From NCBI RefSeq assembly GCF_009914755.1, contig NC_060940.1: a stretch of DNA of 64,000 bases. The stretch is one strand, 5' to 3'. The notes beneath the pieces are model-generated. The model saw only the letters and a list, made by a program, of their open reading frames with translations, made no database searches and had not been told where the DNA came from. This document shows, in pieces, positions 52,483 to 64,000 of this stretch. Positions within the stretch are counted from its first letter, which is position 1; each line of letters opens with the position of its first letter. Origin of the DNA: the human T2T-CHM13v2.0 reference genome, Homo sapiens. The translations under genes and the position numbers were made by a program.

Positions 52483-54229
52483 AAACACACAGTTATCTCA
52501 CGCAATGGGGAAGAATCCAGGGCAGGCTCTGTATTTGTAACTTTCTACTGCCTCTCAGTTTAGATTGTACATGGACATTGGAAAACCGGATGGACTCAAG
52601 GTTAAAAATTGCACAATAATGAGAGGAGATTCCTCTCTCCTCTGATCTTATGCACATGTTTGCTATACGCTTACTTTTCTGCCAGGGTTCAACGATCTCA
52701 TGTCTTAATTGTAACTCCTAAATGCACACTCACCAGAATGGATATTTCCAGCTTCTATAAGCCTGATCTTTTTCTCCTTTTCACATGTCTCTTCCAAACC
52801 AGTCCTTATCCTTCCTTTCAGAAATTTCCATTACTTTCCTCTGAGCTCTTTGTCAATAAAAACCCCAAATGAGAACTATCTAGCTATTGCAAACTTAGAC
52901 ATATAGAGGAAAATTTCTGTTATTATTCTTGATTTTGCTGTTGATTGAGTCTAAATGGAGAAACTATTTTAGGCAAGAGAGATATTCAGCCTAATAGTGA
53001 TTTTTGAAAAATATCTTATTTTAATAGCTATCCTAAGTGAGGAATGCCAACATTATAAATGCATCAAAACAGTTTTGAGTAAATATATCCATTTATAAAT
53101 TTTTATTTTAAATCCTCATTTTATTCCAAAGCCCCACCAGGATGGCACACAGTCAGCATTTGAGAAAAAACAAAAAAGCCTCATTTCGTAAAATTCGTTT
53201 GTACTTTCCTTTCATCCTAACCCAACTGACAAAATCAACAAATCTTCAGTCTAAGCTAGTGTTTTGTGGCCTCTTTATGTTCTCCTCTTTTCCCCTTTAA
53301 CATAGATCCAGGGGATTGTAAAGATAAATTTTGTTGGAATATACAATTGTAGACACTAAGAGCTGGAAGGAACCATAAAAGCTACCTAGATCACATCAAA
53401 TCTCTGGCAGAAATGGCAAAACAGGAACCTTGCTCTACTCTGGAAAACATTAAATCAAACATAGCATCAACTAAACCTGAGTCTCCCTGTCCCTCTCTTC
53501 CATCACTAACCAGGACCCAGATGCCTATGTAAATAATCCCAGTTAGAAATGCATTCATCACATAAAAACTCAACAAATGAGTGCCTACAGGAAATACCAC
53601 TCCAATAAATCTTGCAAAATGTCTGCTATTCACCATCTTCGAAGTTATGAGCATATGGAAATGAACATAATGTTTGCAATTAAAAGACTTACTTGACTTC
53701 AGGTACAGAAAAAACATGTCTGAACCTTTCAAATGTACTTTAAGACTATGAATAAGGTTCTATAAAAGTTGGAGTATCCTTTATTACATAGAGATTTATC
53801 ATTTATTTCTTAAAATTGTATTCTTTCAGTGTCTTCCTTCTTCCCTCAATGTGCTTTGCACGCATACATTACAGAGATGAAATCTGAAATTATTCCATGT
53901 ATTTCAAAAGGAAATAGGTAATAATATTTTGTTGATGATCATTAAAATGACTTTGCAGTAGCTATTATGAACTGTTAAACTCGGAATATTAATGCCTCCC
54001 ACTCATGATTATTTTAATGAGATATTCCATAAATTCTCCATCAAGCCATAATTCCCTTTATAGTACTTATTTATAAGGGTGTGTTTCTACAAAGTATTTT
54101 TGGAAATTAAATCATTTTCCTCTTCATTGCTTCCAAATGGAGATTTCTCTCTTTTAAGAAGTCAGCAAGATGAAGTCAAAAAATTTAACCTCTCGGGGTC
54201 TTATTATGCTCACTTGAGTTTCTTCAACA

Positions 54230-54439
54230 CAGGGATTAGCAAGTTTTTCTTTCAAGGGCAAGCTAGCAAATATTTTAGGTGGTTTGGACCACCAAGTCCC
54301 TGCTGTAGCTACTTAACTTTGCTTCATACAGCTAAAGCAGCCATAGACAATATATAAATGAATGGATGGGGGTGCTGAGTCCCAATAATACAGGCCACAG
54401 GCTGAATTGGGCACAGGGGTTATAGTTTGCTGACTCGTG
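54230..54439. mobile_element. MER58A MITE
   Basis: cagggattagcaag...aaatattttagg...aaagcagccatagacaatatataaatgaatgg...tagtttgctgactcgtg. Confidence 0.85.
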
Positions 54440-54639
54440 TTCTACAAAATCCTATTCAGATGCTTTTCCTAGTTATCTATGGACCCTCTAAACACAGGAA
54501 TCTCACAATATCTTGTAAAGTCTTTTTTTGTTTATTTGTTTTTAATTTGAGGATCTATCTGATGTTTACAAAGTAATTTTAATTCACTGAAATAAATGTA
54601 TATTCAAACTTTGGGAATTACTGAAAAAAAAGTCCTACT

Positions 54640-54957
54640 TTTACAGGATGCTTCTTGAAATATATTGATCCTGCCCTCATGTTCTATTGTTCATTTATTT
54701 TCTGGGCTCCAGTTCCTCCACTATACAAAGATAAGTAGCACAATTTTAATTCCTTCCTCATTCTTGCCAATTCCCTCTGAACACAATTCACTTGTCAAAG
54801 TTCATTTAGAGTGGTACCCAGAACAAAAGCCAACACTCCACGTGTGGAATGGCCATCGTTCCCCAGAGTAGAAGCCTCATTTCTCTCACTTTAGGCATTC
54901 TGTTTCTCTTAGCACCATTCACAAACCCATTATTTGACCAATCATGAGCCAACAATA
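54640..54957. mobile_element. Probable L3/CR1 relic
   Basis: ggtacccagaac...acactccacgtgtgg... resembles CR1/L3. Confidence 0.45.
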
Positions 54958-56510
54958 ATTTATACTTCAAGGGAATAATTTAAAATAGGAGGTTTGCCGT
55001 GGGAAAGAGAAATACCATATACAATTAATAGTGGGACAGAAAGACATGTGTTTTGTACACTGGCATCTTGGAGGCCAGAGGAGTAGCTCCCAAGGCCTCA
55101 TGGGGGAAAGAGCTGAACTTCGGAGGCGGCAATGTAACCTTGTTGTGTGCTTGCAGGATGTTTTCATGTCCTGTGAATTAGGGTTAACCTTTGTGTTGCC
55201 CATGAGGAGGTTGGAGAAAAGCTACCAATGCAAATAAAATTTCTCTTCCAGCTATGCCTTGCTCAGAAGATTAAATCAAGGTCATCCTAAGAGTGGTTGT
55301 TTGTCTTTATTTTGGGGAACTCCTGCACTGGTGTTATATCTATCTGTCTATTGGTCTAAGAATAAACGATGAGGCTGGATTTAACAAACACTTGATTTTT
55401 TTTTCTTTCTGCAAGTGCATGCTTCCTCTATCCTGACTTGGGTTCTCCTGCTCTGAGAGCTTCATTCTCAAATGTAGATGGCCAGCCCAGAATACTGCCT
55501 GGATTCCTCATTAAGAGGCAGGTAGATTTGGAACCCTGTGACTTGCTCTGCAGGAGCCCTGAGAATGACAACCCAGGGTTAACAGAGGACTTGGCAGGGC
55601 AAGAAGGAAAGGGCAATGATCAGAGCACAGGCTAAATGTGGAGTCTTCTGTCTCCTTCCATTTGGCTCTGCAAGGTCAGAGGTTGATACAAGAGGATTGT
55701 ACAACATAAACTAAGAGTGGTCTGTCTCTACTTTCTGACAGTTTCTGTGCATTTGGTACCACTGTGCTCACTTGCTATACATCAGTGATGCTTAACCTCT
55801 CTGCAGCCTTCTCCACACTCCTGCCATTTGTTCTTAAAAGGTGTCCTTATGCCTCTGATTTAAAACCACTGGAGGGATTAGTTATTAAAATTATAGATAG
55901 AGCATAAATGTGCAAGAAAGGTTTTACTATATTTTTATTTTCAAAGTAGTTCTTAGAATACATTCAACATTTTCAAACTCAATGTTTCTTCTTTATTTTT
56001 TATTAACATATTTTGCGAGGTCAATCACTCCTCTGTTAGAAATTTTGTATATGACTTTGGAAAAATGAGACACCTTTGTTGAAATAGACTTGTGTGTGTC
56101 ATCACTCACACATAAGTGGTTCCAGGTCTTTGCTTAATGTGCAAAGTGACAATAATTCTGTCTGGCACCTAGGTCTGCAGCTCTGTCTTTACAATTGTGA
56201 CAAAGGATGAAACTTGAGCACATCAGACATTCTCCAACTTGAATATAATTTTCTTCATTTGTAAAAACTGGCTCTTCCTTCATCCTTTCTATCACAAAAT
56301 ATTGCTGAGCTCTTGCATTGTGTCAGGCACTGTACTAGATGCTAATATTTGAGACACAACCATGTAAAAGCTTGCATTTAATGTGCTTCTCCTGTCACAT
56401 CCTTATCAGGAAAGATTCCAACCCTCAATTTTTTTTCTACACTAAGATCACCAGGGTGAAAAACATCCATGGGAAGGATAATTATAATATTGCAAATAAA
56501 TATAACTTTA

Positions 56511-59500
56511 GGCTGAATGTCAGCAAAATGGCAGAATAGAATTCTTCTGTGCTCATATCCCTACACAAACATCAATTTGAACAACTGTCCATGCACAAAA
56601 CTATCTTCATAAATTATAAGGAAACCCGGTGATAGATTGCAGCACATGAATGTAGCACAGAAATATGAAAAGATTCATTGAGGAGAGTAGGAAGCAGGAG
56701 AGGGCAATGAACCAGATGGGTACCCAGAGTGAAAACCAACATGCCAGGAGTAGAATGGCCACTGTTCCCCAAAGTAAAAGTTTCATCTCCCTCATTTTGG
56801 ACATTACTTTACTCTTAGCACCATTCACAAAGCCACTATCTGACAGATCATGTGCCAACAATACAAAGGCTCATGTACATCACCCATGTCAGTCCTCCCC
56901 CAGGCAGTACAGTGTGGAGAGAGATACCTCTGAATGGGAGAAGGGGAAGTATGTGAACCCTAGACTTTGCCTCAGACCCCAAAACTGAGCCTTTCCCAGT
57001 ATAACATGGCACTGGTAGGCTCCCAGGGCCCCACACTCCAGTCCAGTACCTGCAGGCTGAGCTTCCAGGTGCATTCAGATGCCACGTGAGATCCTACAGC
57101 CACAGGCTCCAGGCCAGTTCAGTGAACCATTGGCCCTGGGCTACAGATCAGCCCCAGTTCTGGTTCAGCCAAGTGACCCAAGGCTTCAGGCTGCCCCAGC
57201 ATGAGGCCTACCCCACAGGCTATCTCTAGGGCCACTCTCATGCTAAGCTGATCCCCATGGTCCCAGGCTTCAGGGCAACCCCAGCACCAGGTCAGGCCCT
57301 GCAACTCCAGGTTCCAAGCTCATTTGAGGTTCCAGAACAGCCCAGAACCAAGTCAACCCACACAACATTGACCTTCAGGCCCACTCCGGCACTAGGTTAG
57401 CACCTAAGACCTCTGGTACCAGGTCAGCATCTGCAGACACAGGTTTCAGGCCTGCCCACCGCCAGGCTGGTCCTTGTGGCTCCACCCTCCTGAACGGCCC
57501 CTCTGGCTCCTGCTCAAGCAGACCTAGGATTTTGACCTGTTCCACCCTACCCAGGGACCAGGCTTACCCCAGTAGACCCTAGCACTGGGCCCGCCTCCAA
57601 GGACTTAGGCTCCAGACTGGATCTCATTGCCCCAGAACCTAGACCAGCTTTAACTGACCTAGACTCCAGGCTGGCCCCCACAAACTCAGGCATTATTTTA
57701 GCTCCTGTGGCTTTAAACTCCAGGACAGCACCTGTGATCTCAGATTCTAGATCAGCACTGGTGGACTCAAGTTCCATGTCTGTTCCAGCACTAGGCCAGT
57801 CCCAAGCTTCATGCCAGTCCCAGGCTCTGGTATATCCAGGATCTAGTCCTGCTCTGACAGAACTAAGGTCTAGACCCAGCCCTGTGGACCCTGTTGCCAG
57901 GCTGGCCTCCACAGACTGAAGTTCCAGGATTACATCTGCAGACTCAGGCTCTAGGCTAGCTCCTTTGGACCCAGAAACCCAGGCCCATCCCTTAATACCC
58001 AGCCTCAAAGCCCACTCCAGTGGAGCTAGTCTCCAGGCCCATCCCAGTACCTAGCCAGCTCCTGCATACTTAGGCTCAAGGACCCACCCAGTGTCATTTC
58101 AGCTCCTATGACCCCAGGCTTTAGGGTTGTCTCAGTAGACACAGGCTCCAGGCCTGCCCTCACAGACCCAGGCTCCAGTGCCATCTCTATAGATCAAATC
58201 AACAGGTCTAGCTCGGTGAATTCAGGCTCCAGGTCTAACCCCACAAACCCAGCTCACATACTCACTGACCCAGGCACTAGACCAGTCTACCCAAGGACTC
58301 TAACAGCAAGCCTCTCCCGGTGGCCTGCCCAGAATTTCTGGACAGGCAGACCATTTTTAGGATTCCCCAGAAAATAAGCCAGTCCCCAGAGATTGAAATA
58401 AATCCCTACTTTTTCAAATGTTTAGACACCAATGCACAGCCACAATGATCAGAACAATCAGAGAAACATAACGCCAACAAAGGAATAACAGAGCACTAAA
58501 GCCACCCCTAAAGAAATGGGGATTTACGAGCTGTCTGACAAATAATTCAAACTAACTGTTTCTAAGAAAGCTCAGCAAAACTCAATAAAATACAGAGAAA
58601 CAACAAAGTCAAGAAAACAATAATCAAATTAATAAATTTAACAGATTGAGATTACTTTAAAAAATCAAACACATTTTGCAGATGAAAAATACAATAAAGG
58701 AAATGAAAAATGTGACAGAGATTGTCAACAGCAGAATTGATCAAGCAGAAGGAAGAATCTGTGAACTCAAAGATAAGTTATTTGAAAATACATAGAGAAG
58801 AAGGAAAAAATAGAATGAAAAAGAGTGAAGAAAGCTTATGGGATTTATGGAAAAATGGAAAGAGCCAATGTTTGCATTATAAGAGCTTGAAAGAAGAAAA
58901 AAGAGACAAAAAACAATAAAACTTAAAGAAATAATAACAGAACACTTTCCAAACGTGGAGATGACAGGAAGGTCAAAGGTCTCCAATAAGATTTAACCCA
59001 AACAAGGCTGTACCAAGATATATAATCAAACTGTCAAAAATCAAAGACAATAAGTATTCTGTATTAAAGAAGAGAAATGGAGCATGTCACATATAAAGGA
59101 GTTACAACAAGGCTAGCAGAAACTAGCCTTGGTTAGAAGTGAAACCTTATAGGTTTCATGTCTCAGATGAAGCCTTATAGGCCAGGAGAAAATTGGGTAA
59201 TAGATTCAATTGTCAAAGGAAAAAAAAAAAAGCCTATCAAGAATATTATAAGTGGAAAATGCTGTCCTTCTGAAACAAAAAGAGAATTTCTCAGACAAAC
59301 AAAAGCTGAAGGAGTTCATCACCACCAGACCTGTCTTATAAGAAATGTTGAAGAGAGTTCTCCCAGTTGAAAGAAAAGGGCACTAAATAGTAACATGAAA
59401 ACGTAAAAGAATAAAGCTACCTGGTAAAAGTACACAGACAAATTCAAAATGTTCTAATACTGTAATAGTACTGTGTAAGTCAAATATATTTAAGATAATA

Positions 59501-59906
59501 TGTTAGGAGACAAAACTATTACTACTAATAATAGCTACTGTAACTTTAAAGAAATATACAATGTAAAAAACTGTAAATTGTGAAATCAAAAACATAAAAC
59601 GTTAGGGAAGGTGAAGTAAAAATCTTGGGTTTTTTTAATGCAATTAAATGTAAGTAGTTATCAACTCAAAATGGCCTGTCATATCTACAAGATGTTTTAT
59701 GTAAGTCTCATGATAACTACAAAACAAAAACTTATAGTAGATACAAGAAAATAAAAGGAAGGAATTAAGGCATTATACTAGAGAACTTACTAGAGAAGAT
59801 CACCTAATTATAAAGAAAGAAAAGGATCTACAAAATATCCAGAAAACCTATAACAAAATAGCAGTAGTAAGTACTTACATAGCAGTAATTAACTTGAATG
59901 CAAATG
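56511..59906 (+). mobile_element. Old L1M (L1MA9/L1MB-era) 5' half: 5'UTR with GC-rich degenerate tandem repeats (~57030-58330), ORF1, start of ORF2; 3' truncated
   Basis: Start gtcagcaaaatggcagaatag; ORF1 motifs (cagcagaattgatcaagcagaag...atctgtgaactcaaagata; gagttcatcaccaccagacctgtc); ends at ORF2 start ...aacttgaatgcaaatg. Confidence 0.85.
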
Positions 59907-60199
59907 TTGCAAATGCTTTGTCACTTCACATGTGAAAGTTGTTCCTACGTTTTCTACAACAACTCTGTCTTTCAGGGAAAAAAATAAACCAGTAATCAAA
60001 TAATTACGTTATCCAGCCCCTTTAACCCACTTAGAGTTTCTTAATAATGTGAAATAACTTCACTCTGGCTATTGTTAGGTTTATCCTGGTTTTATCTAAT
60101 ATAAATTTGATATATTTAAGTATTTGAGTGTATATGCTATGCATGCTTGTTTCCAAATCATCAAATAAACCATTGTTTCAGCTATAAAGAAAGAGATTT

Positions 60200-60800
60200 T
60201 CATGTTGCACATTTGAAGAATACATATGAGTAATTATCTAGCTACATTAAATACACAATAGAAAAGCAATGCTCTCTATCAATTTATTAACAAAAGAAAT
60301 AGAATCAATGATAACTGAGAAAATGTGCTCCCCTGAAGTTGACTACGTTCACTGTGGTAAGCAAGGCATCCTTTGATTAGGATGAATGGGTTTTGCAGCC
60401 TTTTCATGACTGTGAAACACACAATCTGTAATGAAGCTGTGAGGTACTTCTTTCTTAGAAAGCAATTCTGGGATTTATCCAAGCTTAGCAAGGGCAGCAT
60501 TGGTGTAGATCCATCCATATGTGACAATGTGTTTTTATGCTTTTAGCAGAAGTCTTTGATAAGCTTGAACATATCATTGTCTTTTCTTTTTGGATGCAAT
60601 GGTTCATAACACAAGCCTTTGTCTTTGATCACTTTCTCTTGTATAAAGTACACAAACACTGACAGCTGAATGCAGTGATCAGCTGTCGTTGTCTCATCAA
60701 GTTGAATAACCAAGCACAAGGAGCAAATCTTGATGTATTCTATAACCTGCTGCAAGTGATGCTTGTTAGTTTTATTAATTCTAACAAGTCATTCCATTTG
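60200..60800 (-). mobile_element. Charlie-type hAT transposase fossil (frameshifted)
   Basis: ORF 60543-60755 IQLDETTTADHCIQLSVFVYF...IKDKGLCYEPL...DMFKLIKDF and ORF 60279-60527 DGSTPML...NCFLRK resemble the hAT/Buster LDE, DG and CxxH motifs. Confidence 0.75.
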
Positions 60801-60917
60801 ACAGTAAAACATTGAGAAGCTATTTTGTTTTTTTAAGTGTACAACTTACAATACTATTTTGTTATATTATCAATGTTTTGACTATAGCAAAACCTTCCCC
60901 CACACCACTCCTACTCA

Positions 60918-61005
60918 TATATATATATAAAACTGTATATAACTATAAATAACGCATATATAAAACTATATATATAACTATATATATAACATATATATAT
61001 AACTT
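60918..61005. repeat. (TA)n-rich tract
   Basis: Directly visible. Confidence 0.85.
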
Positions 61006-61009
61006 TTTA

Positions 61010-61578
61010 CTAGTGCATATTCTTATGCTTCGATGAAAAGAACCCAATTCTAGCTTGCATAAAAAAAGAATAAATAACTTTATGAGCTCATGTAATTGAA
61101 AAGTCCAGATGTGAGTATGATTTCAGACTTGGCTGGATCTAGGGGCTCTTCCATGTATTTAAGATATGGCTTTTATTCATCATTTTTACACTCTGTTCTT
61201 CTCCATATTTTTGTTTTCAGTATAAAAATATTTTCTACATATTTTTGTCTCCCCACCACCTAGTAGCTGTAGATATACATCCTCTGATTTTTAAGTTTAG
61301 CAGAAAATTATATCTTCCTCTAAAATTAAGAAAAAAAAGGTAGAGTTTATCCTTGGAGACTCAATGGCTCAGAATGGCTCAGTCTGGGCTATCTCACTGT
61401 CCCTAAATAAAACTCTGATGCCTGGTTGGCCAAGCCTGGTGGCATACTCAACTCCTGACACTAAACTTGGAGTCAGCTTCACCAAACCCAGAAAGACTAA
61501 AGATGTCTCCAGATTCAGGGTACTCTTACTAGAAGAAAAGGTATTGGATGCTGAGCATATAGAAACATCAAATATCAT
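61010..61578 (-). mobile_element. MLT1K-like LTR
   Basis: gctcatgtaattgaaaagtccag...gacttggctggatctaggggctc...ggatgctgag. Confidence 0.65.
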
Positions 61579-62739
61579 ATTATAATTATAATATAAATAT
61601 AATATTATTCTTACACTTCCCAAGCACCTCTCCAATGATCAATTTGCAAGTGCTATCAATATTTTATTGCCATATCATGATCTGGTAGATTTCACTGTGT
61701 GGAGGTCATATCCAATTCCATTCCCAAATCATATTTCAGTTCAGGAAGCATGTATAGATTGATATTGACATTTAAAAATAATCTGTTGCACAATGACATT
61801 GAAGACACTGAGCTCTGTCCATTTTAAGTCATCTAGGAATAGCCATTAGCAACAAACACGGTCTTTCCATTTGTATTTTTTCAACATGACATGGACAAAA
61901 TTCACAGACAGTAGCGCAAACGGTATGGGTTTTTGTTCGTTGCTTTCTTTGTTTTTGTGGGACTGCTCTCTTTCCAACTCACATAGTCAAGGTCTAACCA
62001 AATTCAAGGAACAATTTTTCACAGTCAAATCATCATATTGGTGAACATCAAGGAAATCATTAAAATGTGGAGGATCAGATTTAACCATGACTATGGAATT
62101 TAACTCAAGTAACTTCTTTCAACTTATCTCACCACTATAGAATCCTTGCTGGAGTCGCTATGGTCATAAAAATGCCAGCACAAATCTTATCTTGATATAG
62201 CCAGCGCTGGTGAATCATATGCCTATGTTAGCTGTTTCAGCTTAATTTATATACTTAATGATTTGACTTTTAAACAAACTACATGTGTCTCCCATTCCAA
62301 GACAAAGCAGCTTCCACTCTTACTTGCCAAGCATTGTTTCACACCCTGAAAGGCAAATGTCTTCATGCCACAGTGTTGTGTGAAATGAAAGCTATATACT
62401 GGGAAGTCCAGTATACAACAGTCTCTACCAGAAATACTCAATGTCTACATATGCATATACAGTAATATAATCAGGAAAATAGAAATGTCACTTTCTGCTT
62501 CCTATGACTTTCATCTTGCTCTTCCTTATTTCACCTGTACCAAAACCATGCATTTCTCACTTACTTGCACATCAATTTCTGCTGGACACTCACAGATCCA
62601 AACCATGCATTCCACTTTACTCTCTCATGAAATCAAAGAATCTCTGCGCTGAATAATGTCTTTCAGGTCGCCTGGTTGTATATTTAAATCACCTATAGAA
62701 GATTCCCTATCTTAGAGTCTCTGCTTTATAATGGGAGAG

Positions 62740-62985
62740 GTATTTGAAGTGGTCCAAATCACAGGTGCTGGGGGCTAGCACCTCTAAACCCAGCTCCCTC
62801 ATATGAATGGGCGATCTTGGTAATTTGCTTACCTCTGTTAAGACCCAATGTCATCATATGGAAATAATAATAGAAATAATGGTGTCAACCTCCTGGGACA
62901 TTAGCACAAAATTCATGAGGCAATGCCTATACAGTGAGTTTAACACAAAGCTATGTTTGTGTGGTAGAAGCTCAATAACTGATAA
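62740..62985 (+). mobile_element. MIR
   Basis: gatcttggtaatttgcttacctctgttaag...gaaataataata...gctcaataa. Confidence 0.65.
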
Positions 62986-63059
62986 GATCTATGTATCTAT
63001 CTATATGTCCATATTTATATTTCTATTTTCAATAAAGTTTCATTTAATTTTATAGCTAC

Positions 63060-63420
63060 TACACACTGAAAAATGTAATCAGGATAATACAGAATGAAAG
63101 AAGAAAAAAATCACACATAATTTATCCAATGAGATGCAAATTTTATTGAATTTGGTGCTCTTCCCTTTAAGCTTTTTTCCACTGAATGTTTTTCTTTTCC
63201 ATAGCTGAGATCATATTATGTATATATTTTGGAAACACATTTTTAATATTATAACATAAATAATTCCCCATGTTACTAAAAATGCTACATAAACATCATC
63301 ACTAACGTTTAAATTTTCACCATGCAGTCTTACCCCAATTTAATTAACTATGCCCCTGTTTTTGAACATTGAGGACAGACATATTTTTCAAGCTACATTT
63401 GCATAAAACATGAGAACTAT
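63060..63420 (-). mobile_element. L1ME-type 3' fragment
   Basis: ...aatttaattaactatgcccctgtttttgaacattgagg... Confidence 0.45.
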
Positions 63421-63559
63421 CTATATTGACACAGGGTTTGTTGGAAAGGAAACAGGGTAATATACACTTAACATGACCAGGCGAAAAATGATATTGGATA
63501 AGATACAACAAACGGTCTTTCTTCTAGTTTTTGATTATATTAATATTAATATTATTACC

Positions 63560-63765
63560 AATAATAACATGTATGTAAGTGCCTACTATGTGCCAGGCAT
63601 GCTGCATTATTTAACTTTGTCATACAAAAAGACTCGTGAGGTAGGTTTCATAGAAGAGGAAACTGAAGCATAAGAGGTGTAAGCAAAGCTCATGTCACTA
63701 GTGACTGAGTCAGAATTTGAATCTAAATATGTCTGCCTAAAATATTCTTGTCTTTTCACAAAATC
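63560..63765 (-). mobile_element. MIR
   Basis: gtgcctactatgtgccaggca...agaggaaactgaagcataagaggt. Confidence 0.75.
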
Positions 63766-64000
63766 CAGTGGCCAGACTACTTCAGTCTGCCCATGATTCT
63801 CACTTTGGGGTCAGGTGGACCCCCTAATAGCCATAGCAAAGGTAAGTTTCTTGATTAGATTCCAAAAAATACACAGATGCTAATAAAAAACAAACAAACA
63901 AACAAATAAAAAAAACACACACAAAGAAAACCTTTTTTATAAAAGAAGGAAATGCAGCTAAACTCCGTGTGACAGGTTTAGTCCAAGCCAATTGTGGTGA

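Noticed and set aside
57547-58008. 153-aa repetitive ORF
   Set aside because: Antisense reading of the L1 5'UTR tandem array

Overview
AT-rich, CpG-poor primate (almost certainly human or great-ape) intergenic or deep-intronic DNA. I find no credible protein-coding gene. The ORF track is explained by Alu, L1, THE1/MaLR-internal, hAT-transposase fossil and simple-repeat reading frames, or by chance. Much of the window is recognisable transposon debris. It includes a near full-length old primate L1 (4239-11546) with a complete THE1 provirus, an AluY-lineage element and a tailless Alu fragment nested inside it. It also includes older L1M pieces, about a dozen Alus and Alu monomers, THE1/MLT LTRs, MER1B/MER3/MER5A/MER30/MER58 DNA transposons, L2/MIR/L3 relics, a Charlie-type transposase fossil, and long (CCTT)n, (TA)n and (GATA)n tracts. 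The most unusual structures are: a ~220-nt LINE-derived fold-back hairpin (33153-33375) whose mismatches favour G:U pairing on the minus strand; a CpG-retaining MER1B with GC boxes; a 145-bp ungapped local copy inserted into an L1 5'UTR; two tailless retrocopies (U2 5' end, Alu 5' end); and a THE1 provirus with discordant LTRs. I cannot demonstrate a new biological system from sequence alone. Repeat subfamily names come from my recall of consensus sequences and need RepeatMasker/Dfam confirmation.
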